From assembly GCA_965220875.1 (NCBI GenBank), contig OZ244849.1:1562979-1626978 (forward strand): a stretch of DNA of 64,000 nucleotides, given 5' to 3'. The translations under genes were made by a program, and so were the position numbers. Under the pieces are notes generated by a model. It was not told where the DNA came from. It worked only from the letters and a program-made list of their open reading frames with translations, and ran no database searches. Shown here in pieces: positions 38,948 to 48,308 of the stretch (the stretch's first letter is position 1; every line of letters begins with the position of its first letter). Origin of the DNA: Gammaproteobacteria bacterium (GTDB lineage: Bacteria; Pseudomonadota; Gammaproteobacteria; UBA4575).

Positions 38948-38969
38948 CAAAGAGCTCGGTTTATCCGGT

Positions 38970-39968
38970 GTGAGATTCGACCCTGAAAAAATCTGGTATT
39001 CGAGAAATATCATTTCCGTGCTGCTGCTGCCTTTGTCCTGGCTGTTCCGTGCTGCTGCAGGGGCCAGGAGGCTCTACTACCGTGTCTATCATCACAGACG
39101 AATTCCACCTTCGGTATTCATACTGGTCGTGGGCAATCTCACGGTCGGGGGTACAGGCAAGACACCCTTTGTGATCTGGCTGGCAAAACGATGCAGGGAC
39201 CACGGGTTGAGTGTGGGCGTGGTGAGCCGCGGTTACCGGAAGCGCAAGGCCGGAAAAATCGTTGATGTCCAGCCCGACAGTCTGCCGGAAGAGGTCGGGG
39301 ACGAAGCCCTGTTGCTGGTACAGAAGGTTTCATGCCCGGTAGTCGCCGCCGCAGACCGCATGCAGGCAGTGGGTCTGATTTCGAGAAAGTACAAGCCTGA
39401 CGTGATACTGTCCGATGATGGCTTGCAGCATTACAAATTGCCACGTAATGTGGAAATTCTGGTTGTGGACGGGGACAGGCGGTTTGGCAATGGCAGGTGT
39501 TTGCCGGCAGGGCCGTTGAGAGAGCCGGTTTCACGTGCCCGCAGTTGTGACCTGGTGGTCAGCAACGGTTGCTGCGATGGTTACGAGTACAGTTTCGAAG
39601 TTGTGGCGGAAGATGCAGTTTCGCTTTGCTCGGACACGATACGCAGGCCATTGCAGCATTTCAAAGGCCGTTGCGTACATGCCGTGGCAGGGCTTGGAAA
39701 TCCAGCGCGGTTTTTCAGGATGCTGGAGAGTGCCGGCATCAGGTTTTTAAGGCATGTTTTTCCCGACCATCACTCTTATACGGAGGCCGACCTGGAATTT
39801 GGGGACGATGAGCCGATTCTCATGACCGAGAAAGATGCACTGAAGTGCAAACTGTTTGTTGACAGGGATATCTGGTATCTACCCATAATAGTGTTGCCGA
39901 ATCCGAGACTGGAACAGCGAATCTCAAATTTGATCGAAGGAATCCCGCGTGGACAGACAATTGCTTGA
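38970..39968 (+). CDS. lpxK: Tetraacyldisaccharide 4'-kinase
   Basis: [36 protein letters not shown]. Confidence 0.97.
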   Translation: MRFDPEKIWYSRNIISVLLLPLSWLFRAAAGARRLYYRVYHHRRIPPSVFILVVGNLTVGGTGKTPFVIWLAKRCRDHGLSVGVVSRGYRKRKAGKIVDVQPDSLPEEVGDEALLLVQKVSCPVVAAADRMQAVGLISRKYKPDVILSDDGLQHYKLPRNVEILVVDGDRRFGNGRCLPAGPLREPVSRARSCDLVVSNGCCDGYEYSFEVVAEDAVSLCSDTIRRPLQHFKGRCVHAVAGLGNPARFFRMLESAGIRFLRHVFPDHHSYTEADLEFGDDEPILMTEKDALKCKLFVDRDIWYLPIIVLPNPRLEQRISNLIEGIPRGQTIA

Positions 39969-40143
39969 AATTCTAGTATGCCCGGTAACCAAGGGGCCAC
40001 TGAAGTACGACAGGGAGCGACAGGAGCTCATATCCACGTCCGCACACCTCGCCTATCCGATACGCGATGGCATTCCAGTGATGTTGGAGCATGAAGCAAG
40101 AACCATCACTGACGAGGAGTACGACAAATACAAATCCAAGTGA
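39949..40143 (+). CDS. ycaR: Trm112-family protein
   Basis: [12 protein letters not shown]...[11 protein letters not shown]. Confidence 0.95.
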   Translation: MDRQLLEILVCPVTKGPLKYDRERQELISTSAHLAYPIRDGIPVMLEHEARTITDEEYDKYKSK

Positions 40144-40181
40144 CCGCTGTCAGCTGAATCCCGCATGCGACGCACAGGTTC

Positions 40182-40904
40182 ATGGAATTCAAAGTAGTTA
40201 TTCCTGCCCATTACGCATCCGCACGGCTGCCTGGAAAGGTGTTGCTGGAAGTCCGGGGCAGGCCGATTATTGAATATGTTTACAACCAGGCGTGTGGCAG
40301 TGGTGCCGGGCAGGTGATCATTGCAACGGATGACATGCGGATCGCCGATGCGGCCGAAGCTTTTCACGCAGAAGTCTGCCTTACCTCAGACCGGCATGTG
40401 TCGGGCACGGACCGGATTGCGGAAGTTGTACAAAGATATGCCTGGGAGGGTGACACGATCATCGTCAACCTGCAGGGGGATGAGCCCATGATGCCGGGAG
40501 CGAACGTCCGTCAGGTTGCATCGAACCTGTACAACCGTACCGATGTAAGCATGTCTACCTTGTGTACGGCATTGAAAGATGAGGACGAGATTCAGGACAG
40601 GAACGTGGTGAAAGTGATACATGATGAGAACCATGTCGCACTTGGTTTCAGCCGGGATGTGAGAACTTTTGGCCAGCTGGCCAGTCATACTGTGTACCGG
40701 CATCTCGGCATCTATGCCTATCGCGCAGGATTCCTGTGCAGGTTCACGCAGTGGCCTCGGTCCATGCTTGAGCAGCAGGAGTCCCTGGAACAGATGCGCG
40801 CACTGGAACGCGGTGTCTTGATACATGTCGAGTTATGCCAGGCCTTGCCTGGGATAGGGGTGGACACACGGGAAGATTATGAAGCCTTGCTGGAAATAAT
40901 GTAA
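40182..40904 (+). CDS. kdsB: 3-deoxy-manno-octulosonate cytidylyltransferase
   Basis: RLPGK, SGTDR, NLQGDEP, HLGIYAYR, ESLEQMR. Confidence 0.96.
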   Translation: MEFKVVIPAHYASARLPGKVLLEVRGRPIIEYVYNQACGSGAGQVIIATDDMRIADAAEAFHAEVCLTSDRHVSGTDRIAEVVQRYAWEGDTIIVNLQGDEPMMPGANVRQVASNLYNRTDVSMSTLCTALKDEDEIQDRNVVKVIHDENHVALGFSRDVRTFGQLASHTVYRHLGIYAYRAGFLCRFTQWPRSMLEQQESLEQMRALERGVLIHVELCQALPGIGVDTREDYEALLEIM

Positions 40905-41015
40905 TGGACCATGGGCACCCGATGCAGGGGTGTTTGAATCTTCACTGATCTCTAGTAACATTCTGCGCCGATTGCGAACGCACAATAATGCAATTTGCCA
41001 TAGTGCATCATCGAC

Positions 41016-41738
41016 ATGATAAATATAGAACGCCTAAGCAAAAAATTTGGTCACTCAGTCGTCGTCGACGATATTTCTTTCTCGGTCGGTTCTGGCGAAG
41101 TACTCGGCTTTCTAGGTCCGAATGGCGCCGGAAAGTCCACCACCATGAAGATGATTGCCGGATTTCTGGCTCCGACATCAGGTGTGATCCAGGTTTGTGG
41201 TTTTGATGTTGCAAAGCAGCCCATTGAGGTAAAAAAGAAGATTGGCTACCTGCCTGAAGGGGGGTCCAGCTATGGTGAAATGACGCCGTTGCAGTATCTG
41301 GACTTCATTGCCAGGGCGCGCGGACTGGGAGGGTCCCAGAAAACGATGCGCAAGGATGAGGTGATAGACCGGTTGCACCTGGAAAAGGTGCTCGGCCAAT
41401 CCATCGAGACCTTGTCCAAGGGATTCAAGAAACGGGTCGGGCTGGCGCAGGCAATCCTGCATGATCCTGATGTGCTGGTCCTGGACGAACCCACGGACGG
41501 GCTGGACCCCAACCAGAAGCACGAAGTCCGGAAGTTCATCGAAAGTATCGCATCTGAAAAAGTCATTGTGATTTCTACTCACATCCTCGGCGAAGTGGAT
41601 GCCATCTGCAGCCGGGCCATCATCATTGATGAAGGAAGGATTGTGGCAGATGACACGCCTGAAGGACTGCGCAGCAGATCTTCCTCGAACAGGCTAGATG
41701 ACGTATTCCGCGAAATTACGCAAGCAAAGCTGTCATGA
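41016..41738 (+). CDS. ABC ATP-binding protein (GldA-like)
   Basis: GFLGPNGAGKSTTMK, LSKG..RVGLAQA, DEPTDGLDPNQ. Confidence 0.92.
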   Translation: MINIERLSKKFGHSVVVDDISFSVGSGEVLGFLGPNGAGKSTTMKMIAGFLAPTSGVIQVCGFDVAKQPIEVKKKIGYLPEGGSSYGEMTPLQYLDFIARARGLGGSQKTMRKDEVIDRLHLEKVLGQSIETLSKGFKKRVGLAQAILHDPDVLVLDEPTDGLDPNQKHEVRKFIESIASEKVIVISTHILGEVDAICSRAIIIDEGRIVADDTPEGLRSRSSSNRLDDVFREITQAKLS

Positions 41739-42469
41739 ATGGCGTAATTACGATTTTCAGGCGTGAACTGGGCAGTTACTTTGCGACGCCGGTTGCCTAT
41801 GTGTTCATAGTGATTTTCCTGATCATGAGCGGTGCCCTGACGTTTTACCTGGGCCACCTGTATGAACGCGGTCAGGCAGACCTGAATCCATTTTTCCAGT
41901 TTCATCCGTGGCTGTACCTGTTCCTGGTGCCAGCCATCGCCATGCGTCTCTGGGCAGAAGAACGAAAAACAGGAAGCATTGAACTGCTGATCACCCTGCC
42001 CATTTCAGTCGGTCAGGCCGTCGTTGGGAAATATCTTGCTGCGTGGATGTTTATCGGGATCGCGCTGGCCTTGACTTTTCCCCTGTGGCTTACGGTGAAT
42101 TATCTGGGAGAGCCTGACAATGGCGTGATTTTTACAGCCTACCTGGGAAGCTTCTTGATGGCTGGAGGATTCCTGTCCATCGGGGCCTGCATTTCGGCCA
42201 CGACGCGTAACCAGGTTATTGCATTCATTATCACTGTGGTCATCTGCTTCTTGTTTTTGCTGGCTGGCTCCCCCCTGGTGCTTAATTTCTTCAAGATATG
42301 GATTCCGCAGAACATAGTGGATTCGCTGGCCTTGCTGAGTTTTCTTACTCACTACAGCTCGATCGCCAGAGGTGTCATCGATGTACGGGACTTGGTGTAT
42401 TTTGTCTCGCTGATCGCTTGCTGGCTTTATGCCAACGCACTGGTAGTAGACATGAAGAAAGCGGATTGA
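41735..42469 (+). CDS. ABC permease (GldF-like)
   Basis: RELGSYFATPVAY, MRLWAEERKTGSIELL. Confidence 0.9.
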   Translation: MNGVITIFRRELGSYFATPVAYVFIVIFLIMSGALTFYLGHLYERGQADLNPFFQFHPWLYLFLVPAIAMRLWAEERKTGSIELLITLPISVGQAVVGKYLAAWMFIGIALALTFPLWLTVNYLGEPDNGVIFTAYLGSFLMAGGFLSIGACISATTRNQVIAFIITVVICFLFLLAGSPLVLNFFKIWIPQNIVDSLALLSFLTHYSSIARGVIDVRDLVYFVSLIACWLYANALVVDMKKAD

Positions 42470-42474
42470 TACTC

Positions 42475-44367
42475 GTGGCGGAAAGCAGCAAGAAGACAAT
42501 CACATCAGCTGGTCTGCTCGGGGTGGCAGCCTTGTTTCTCGTGGTGAACATGCTGAGCAATCTCCTGCTGACATCCATGCGGGCGGACCTGACGGAAAAC
42601 AAGCTGTACACCTTGACGGAGGGCACGCGCAATATCCTGGGCAGCATTGCTGAACCGATCACCCTGTACCTGTTTTATTCCGACAAGGCCAGTGAAGATG
42701 TTCCGCAGCTGCGGACCTATGCGATGCGGGTAAGGGAACTGCTCCAGGAATACACAACCCTTTCAGAAGGCAAGGTAGTACTCAATGTCGTCGATCCCTT
42801 GCCATATTCTGAAGAAGAGGACAGGGCTTCAGCATTGGGCCTGCAAGGGGTGCCGATCGGCAGTTCAGGCGAGAAAATATATTTTGGACTGGCAGCCAGT
42901 AATGCAGTGGGGGAAACCGAGACCATCGGTTTTTTCCAGCCGCAACGTGAGCAGTTTCTGGAATATGACGTCTCGCGGATGATTTTTAACCTGTCGAACC
43001 CTGATAAACCGGTGGTAGGGGTGCATACCCTGTTACCGGTGTTCGGTGGGTTTGATATGGAATCCGCTCAAATGACAACAGAGTGGGCGATTATCACCCA
43101 GTTGCGACAGTCGTTCATGCTCAAGCAGCTTGATGTGGCCGCGGACAAGATCAGTGATGAAATTGACCTGTTGATGGTGATCCATCCCAAGAATCTCAGT
43201 GATTCGGCACTGTATTCGATTGACCAGTTCGTGATGCGGGGCGGCAAGGCAATATTTTTCGTAGACCCTCATTCCGAAGTCGATACCCCGGTACGCCAGG
43301 AAGGCTCTCCATTGGAAGCGCAGGGGGGTCGAAGCTCGAGCGTGCCCAAACTGTTTGATGCCTGGGGCATTGAGTTTGATCCGGCTGATGTCGTACTGGA
43401 TCGAAAGTATGCCCTCACAGTGAGTACCGGTGACCAGGGGCAGGCACGCCATTACGGGCTGCTGGCCGTGAGTAAAGAGGGCCTGAACAGCAAGGACGTT
43501 GTCACTTCCGAACTGGAACTGGTGAGCCTGGGCGTGGCGGGTCATATCGGAGTCAGGGAAGATGCCGCGATCAGGCTGTTGCCGATCGTAAGTTCCAGCA
43601 CGGATTCGGATTTGGTCAAGGCGACACGATTCCGTTTCCTGCCTGAACTGGACCAGTTGTCATCCGGATTTGAGCCAACGGGCTCATCCTATACCCTGAT
43701 GGGCCGCATCCAGGGAGTTTTGAGTTCAGCCTTTCCGGATGGGCAACCTGATGCAGAACCTGGCAATCCGGCGGGTACCGGAGAGCATGTTGCCAGGACC
43801 AATGGGGATACCAACCTCCTGGTCGTCGCCGACACGGACACCCTCAGTGACCGCATGTGGGTACAGGTTCAAGAGTTTTTTGGTCAGAAAATCCTGAATG
43901 CCTGGTCGGACAACGGTGCGCTGTTTGCCAATATGCTGGACAACTTTACCGGGAGTTCGGACCTGATCAGTATCCGTGGTCGCGAGACCTCTTCACGCCC
44001 CTTTGAGAAAGTCAATGAGCTGCGGCTTGAAGCGGACCAGAAGTTTCGCGCCACGGAGGAATCCCTGCAGGCGAGACTCAGGGAAACCGAGGAAAAGCTG
44101 GTTGCCCTGCAGAATCAGCGCGACGACATCAACGCCCTGGTGCTTTCGCCTGAACAGGAAGCGGAAATCCAGAAGTTCCAGCAGGAAAAACTCAGCATTC
44201 GCAAAGAGCTGCGCAAAGTTCGCCATAACCTGAACCTGGATATCGAACGGCTCGGGACAACCTTGAAGTTTATCAATATCGGGCTGGTGCCCCTTGTCAT
44301 TTCCATCCTGGCCCTGGCGTTATCCATCGTACGCAGCAGAAGAAGGAGACGTGCATTAGGCTTATGA
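42475..44367 (+). CDS. GldG-family ABC auxiliary protein
   Basis: DLTENKLYTL, FLEYDVSR, IDQFVMRGG, C-terminal coiled coil and TM helix; GTG start chosen after the permease stop. Confidence 0.88.
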   Translation: MAESSKKTITSAGLLGVAALFLVVNMLSNLLLTSMRADLTENKLYTLTEGTRNILGSIAEPITLYLFYSDKASEDVPQLRTYAMRVRELLQEYTTLSEGKVVLNVVDPLPYSEEEDRASALGLQGVPIGSSGEKIYFGLAASNAVGETETIGFFQPQREQFLEYDVSRMIFNLSNPDKPVVGVHTLLPVFGGFDMESAQMTTEWAIITQLRQSFMLKQLDVAADKISDEIDLLMVIHPKNLSDSALYSIDQFVMRGGKAIFFVDPHSEVDTPVRQEGSPLEAQGGRSSSVPKLFDAWGIEFDPADVVLDRKYALTVSTGDQGQARHYGLLAVSKEGLNSKDVVTSELELVSLGVAGHIGVREDAAIRLLPIVSSSTDSDLVKATRFRFLPELDQLSSGFEPTGSSYTLMGRIQGVLSSAFPDGQPDAEPGNPAGTGEHVARTNGDTNLLVVADTDTLSDRMWVQVQEFFGQKILNAWSDNGALFANMLDNFTGSSDLISIRGRETSSRPFEKVNELRLEADQKFRATEESLQARLRETEEKLVALQNQRDDINALVLSPEQEAEIQKFQQEKLSIRKELRKVRHNLNLDIERLGTTLKFINIGLVPLVISILALALSIVRSRRRRRALGL

Positions 44368-45407
44368 GTCTGAAGTCACTGATCATTCTGGCTCTCATCG
44401 TTATTGCGGGTGGCATTGCGTACTACTTCACCGCTCTTGAATCTGAAAAAGGGGTCACAGTAGAAGATACGCAGCTGATCCCAGACCTGGCACAGAACCT
44501 TGGCCTGGTTACGAAGCTCACTCTGCACAGGGCAGGTAACCAGCTTCTGGCTGAGGTGCGAAAGTCCGAGAACGGCTGGGTGGTCTCGAACCGGCATGAC
44601 TATGAAGCGGACATCTCAGCGGTACGGGAAATATTCAGCGAAATGGCCCAGGCCAGGCTGATCGAGAAGAAGACAGCCAACCAGGAAAATTATTCCAGGA
44701 TCGGAGTTGAGGATATCTCCAGTGCCGATGCACAGGGTGTGCAGTTTACGATTGCGGGACTTCCTGAAACGGTACGGGTTATTGCCGGGAAGAAGGGCAA
44801 CCTGCAGGACACCCAGTTCATCAGAAAGGCGGGTGATGCACAGAGCTGGTTGATTGACAGGAGGCTGCATCTGGACAGGGATGCTGCCTGGTGGTTACGA
44901 AAGGACATCCTGGACATTCCGCCCGAGGACATTGAAAGCATCAGGATAAGGCACGTGGATGGCGATGAACTTGTCATAGTAAACGTAAGCAGGGAAAACT
45001 ACGAGTTTGCCTTGGACCACCCGGTCTCTGATGACATGCAGGTATCCGAATCCGAACTGTACCAGGTGGCCAATGCGCTTTCGTCATTGCAGCTCAGGAA
45101 TGTCGTCTCGCTTCAATCCGTACAGGAGGAAATTCTGCCTTCCACGGTCGCGACATTCAGAACCTATGACGGGTTGCGTGTGGAGGCCGGAACTTTCTCG
45201 ATAGGCAAAAACCGCTACGTCCGGCTGAATCTCGAAATCGAACCGGAAGGTGCCGAAGGAAACCGGCAGGTGCCTGCTGCACAGGCCGGGAAACTCGTGG
45301 AAGCCCTGGAGCCGAAAGTATCGAGATGGGCTTTTGAATTACCTACCATTACGCAGGACGCGATGGTCAAGCGCCTGGAGGACATCCTGCTGCAGAAAGA
45401 CGGGTAG
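44364..45407 (+). CDS. DUF4340-like membrane-anchored periplasmic protein
   Basis: N-terminal TM anchor; usual fourth gene of Gld-like ABC clusters; ATGA overlap. Confidence 0.75.
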   Translation: MSLKSLIILALIVIAGGIAYYFTALESEKGVTVEDTQLIPDLAQNLGLVTKLTLHRAGNQLLAEVRKSENGWVVSNRHDYEADISAVREIFSEMAQARLIEKKTANQENYSRIGVEDISSADAQGVQFTIAGLPETVRVIAGKKGNLQDTQFIRKAGDAQSWLIDRRLHLDRDAAWWLRKDILDIPPEDIESIRIRHVDGDELVIVNVSRENYEFALDHPVSDDMQVSESELYQVANALSSLQLRNVVSLQSVQEEILPSTVATFRTYDGLRVEAGTFSIGKNRYVRLNLEIEPEGAEGNRQVPAAQAGKLVEALEPKVSRWAFELPTITQDAMVKRLEDILLQKDG

Positions 45408-45413
45408 GGCAGG

Positions 45414-46784
45414 TCAGGCGTTTCTTGCAAGCGTTGCAGCCAGACCGGTATAGCTGGACGGCGTCAGCACCAGCAGCTTGTCCTTTTCGTGATCTGGCAG
45501 GTCCAGTGAGCGGATAAAGCTGTCAAGCTTGTCACGGTCCAGTATCTCGCCGCGCGAAAATTCCTTCAGCTTCTCGTATGCGCCTTCGATCTTGTATTTC
45601 CTCATCACGGTCTGAATGGGCTCGGCAAGTATCTGCAGGTTGCGGTCCAGGTCCTGAAGCATTTGATCACTGTCCACTTCGAGCCTCGTCATGCCCCTTA
45701 TCAGCGAACGATAGCCTATCTCGCAGTGTGCTGCCGCGACACCCAGGTTGCGCAAGACCGTCGAATCGCTTAAGTCCCTCTGCCAGCGGGAGATGGGCAG
45801 CTTTGATGAAAAGTGGTCCAGCAATGCGTTGGCCATGCCAAAGTTGCCCTCGGCATTTTCAAAATCTATCGGGTTGACCTTATGCGGCATGGCCGACGAG
45901 CCAACTTCCGACTTGACAAGTTTCTGCTTGAAATAGCCGATTGAAATGTAGGCCCATATATCCCTGCAGAAATCAATCAGAATGATGTTGATCCTGCGCA
46001 GCGCATCGCAAAACTCTGCTATGCAGTCATGGGGTTCTGCCTGCGCCGTGTGGCGATTCCAGCCCAGCCCGGATTCTTCAGCCAGCCTCCTCGCAAGCGC
46101 TTCCCAGTCGACATCCGGATAGGCGATGCGGTGTGCATTGTAGTTACCGGATGCACCATTCATCTTTCCATACAGCCGGGTGGCCTGAAAGCCTTCAAGC
46201 TGGCTCCGGACTCGAACCGTTACATTGGCAAATTCCTTGCCCAGGGTGGTCGGTGATGCCGGTTGTCCATGCGTGCGCGACAGCATGGCCATGTCTGCCC
46301 ATTCATGAGCATGGCCCTGCAGGCATGAAATGAGCTGCTCGATACTCGGCACCAGCACTTTGGTACGCAGGTCCGTGAGCATCAGTGAGTAGGCCATGCT
46401 GTTAATATCCTCGGAGGTACACGCGAAGTGCACAAATTCGGCCATGCCTCTCAACTCCCCGTGCAAGGCAAGCTTCTCTTTCAGATAGTATTCGACCGCC
46501 TTCACGTCGTGGTTGATCCTGGTCTCGATATCCTTGATCTTCTGTGCTTCATCGACCGTGAAGCCTGAAACGATTTCCTCCAGGTATTCGCGTGCAGAAT
46601 CGGATAGCGGCCCGGCTTCAGGAATTGAAGGGTTTTCCATCAGGGATTTGAGCCATCCTATTTCAACCAGAAGCCGGTAGTAGACGAGGCCGAATTCACT
46701 GGCGATATGCTGCAGCGCCTGAGTCTTGCTGGAGTATCGACCGTCGATGGGAGAAATTGCGGTGAGCGGACTGGCTGAACTCAT
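45414..46784 (-). CDS. purB: Adenylosuccinate lyase
   Basis: ISPIDGRY, NHDVKAVEY, SRTHGQPA, GSSAMPHKVNPIDFEN. Confidence 0.97.
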   Translation of the reverse strand: MSSASPLTAISPIDGRYSSKTQALQHIASEFGLVYYRLLVEIGWLKSLMENPSIPEAGPLSDSAREYLEEIVSGFTVDEAQKIKDIETRINHDVKAVEYYLKEKLALHGELRGMAEFVHFACTSEDINSMAYSLMLTDLRTKVLVPSIEQLISCLQGHAHEWADMAMLSRTHGQPASPTTLGKEFANVTVRVRSQLEGFQATRLYGKMNGASGNYNAHRIAYPDVDWEALARRLAEESGLGWNRHTAQAEPHDCIAEFCDALRRINIILIDFCRDIWAYISIGYFKQKLVKSEVGSSAMPHKVNPIDFENAEGNFGMANALLDHFSSKLPISRWQRDLSDSTVLRNLGVAAAHCEIGYRSLIRGMTRLEVDSDQMLQDLDRNLQILAEPIQTVMRKYKIEGAYEKLKEFSRGEILDRDKLDSFIRSLDLPDHEKDKLLVLTPSSYTGLAATLARNA

Positions 46785-46888
46785 TATTTATCGCAAATCA
46801 ACTTATAATCCGTACGATCGTTCATTATACTACAGTGCCCAAGCAGCAGGGCTGAAAACAAACGACCATTCTTGACCCGGGTCTGGAT

Positions 46889-48283
46889 ATGCCAGTGAAA
46901 GATTCAAAATTCCGTACCGAAAAAGACAGTATGGGCGAACTGAATGTGCCGGCAGACGCCTTGTATGGTGCGCAGACACAAAGGGCCATTGACAATTTTC
47001 CCATTAGCGGCCTGACTCTTCCCAGGCCTTTCATCCAGGCACTTGGCCTGATCAAGGCTGCCTGTGCCCAGGTAAATGCAGAGCTTGGCCTGCTGGCAAG
47101 GGATACCGAGTCCGCCATCGTACAGGCATGCATGTCCGTCGCGGCCGGTGAATATGATTCGCATTTTCCTGTTGATGTTTTTCAGACAGGATCCGGTACC
47201 AGCACGAACATGAATGCAAATGAAGTCATTGCCCATCTTGCCAGTTCGCTGATGGAGTCCGAGGTACACCCGAACGATCACGTCAACATGAGCCAGAGCT
47301 CAAATGACGTGATTCCTACTGCCATTCATGTAAGCGCATGCCTGCAGGCAGACAGGGTCCTCAAGCCTGCCCTTGCACACCTGGTCGAGGTGCTGCAAGA
47401 CAAGGCCGTGCTGCATGGGAAGCATGTGAAGACCGGTCGCACGCATTTGATGGATGCCATGCCCGTGACCCTGGGGCAGGAGCTTGGGGCCTGGGCACAA
47501 CAGATTGCCTATTGCGAGGAACGCCTGGATCATGCGCTGGGCCGCATGTCCCAGCTGGCGCAGGGAGGGACGGCCGTGGGCAGCGGAATCAATGCGGATT
47601 CGGAGTTTGGAGTCATGGTTGCCCGGCGGCTTGAAGGACTGACGGAATTTCCATTTCAATCCAAACTGAACAAGTTTGAGGGATTGAGCAGCCAGGACAG
47701 CGCGGTCGAAATGAGCGGCCAGCTGAAAACCCTGGCGGTCAGCCTGATGAAAATTTCCAATGACCTGAGGTGGATGAACTCGGGACCCCTGGCAGGACTG
47801 GGAGAAATTTCGCTGCCTTCCCTGCAGCCCGGCAGCAGTATCATGCCAGGCAAGGTAAACCCGGTAATACCGGAGTCAGTCACCATGGTGTGTGCCCAGG
47901 TCATGGGCAATGATACAACCATAACGATTGCAGGACAGGCAGGAAATTTTCAGCTGAATGTCATGCTGCCCGTGATTGCCTACAACCTGTTGCAGAGCAT
48001 CGAACTGCTTGCAAATGCCTCCCGGGCGCTGGCAGACAAGGCAATTGCAGGTTTCACTGTAAATGAAGACGTGCTGCAGGATGCCTTGTCCAAAAACCCG
48101 ATGCTTGTCACGGCCATGAACCGTATCGTGGGTTACGAAAAGGGTGCGGAAATTGCCAAGGCTGCCTATGCATCAGGCAGGCCGATCCTGGAGGTGGCCA
48201 GGGAAATGACGGACCTTGACGACGAGCAGCTGAGGAGACTCCTGGATCCTTCCAGGCTGGTTCATGGCGGGCTGCAGGACTGA
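46889..48283 (+). CDS. fumC: Class II fumarate hydratase
   Basis: QTGSGTSTNMN, GRTHLMDA, GSSIMPGKVNP. Confidence 0.96.
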   Translation: MPVKDSKFRTEKDSMGELNVPADALYGAQTQRAIDNFPISGLTLPRPFIQALGLIKAACAQVNAELGLLARDTESAIVQACMSVAAGEYDSHFPVDVFQTGSGTSTNMNANEVIAHLASSLMESEVHPNDHVNMSQSSNDVIPTAIHVSACLQADRVLKPALAHLVEVLQDKAVLHGKHVKTGRTHLMDAMPVTLGQELGAWAQQIAYCEERLDHALGRMSQLAQGGTAVGSGINADSEFGVMVARRLEGLTEFPFQSKLNKFEGLSSQDSAVEMSGQLKTLAVSLMKISNDLRWMNSGPLAGLGEISLPSLQPGSSIMPGKVNPVIPESVTMVCAQVMGNDTTITIAGQAGNFQLNVMLPVIAYNLLQSIELLANASRALADKAIAGFTVNEDVLQDALSKNPMLVTAMNRIVGYEKGAEIAKAAYASGRPILEVAREMTDLDDEQLRRLLDPSRLVHGGLQD

Positions 48284-48308
48284 GTTCTGTCGGGCACCGG
48301 TCGTGAAT

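Noticed and set aside
41016-45407. Gliding motility system
   Set aside because: GldA/F/G-like ABC clusters with DUF4340 are widespread in non-gliding bacteria, and no other gld or spr genes are present
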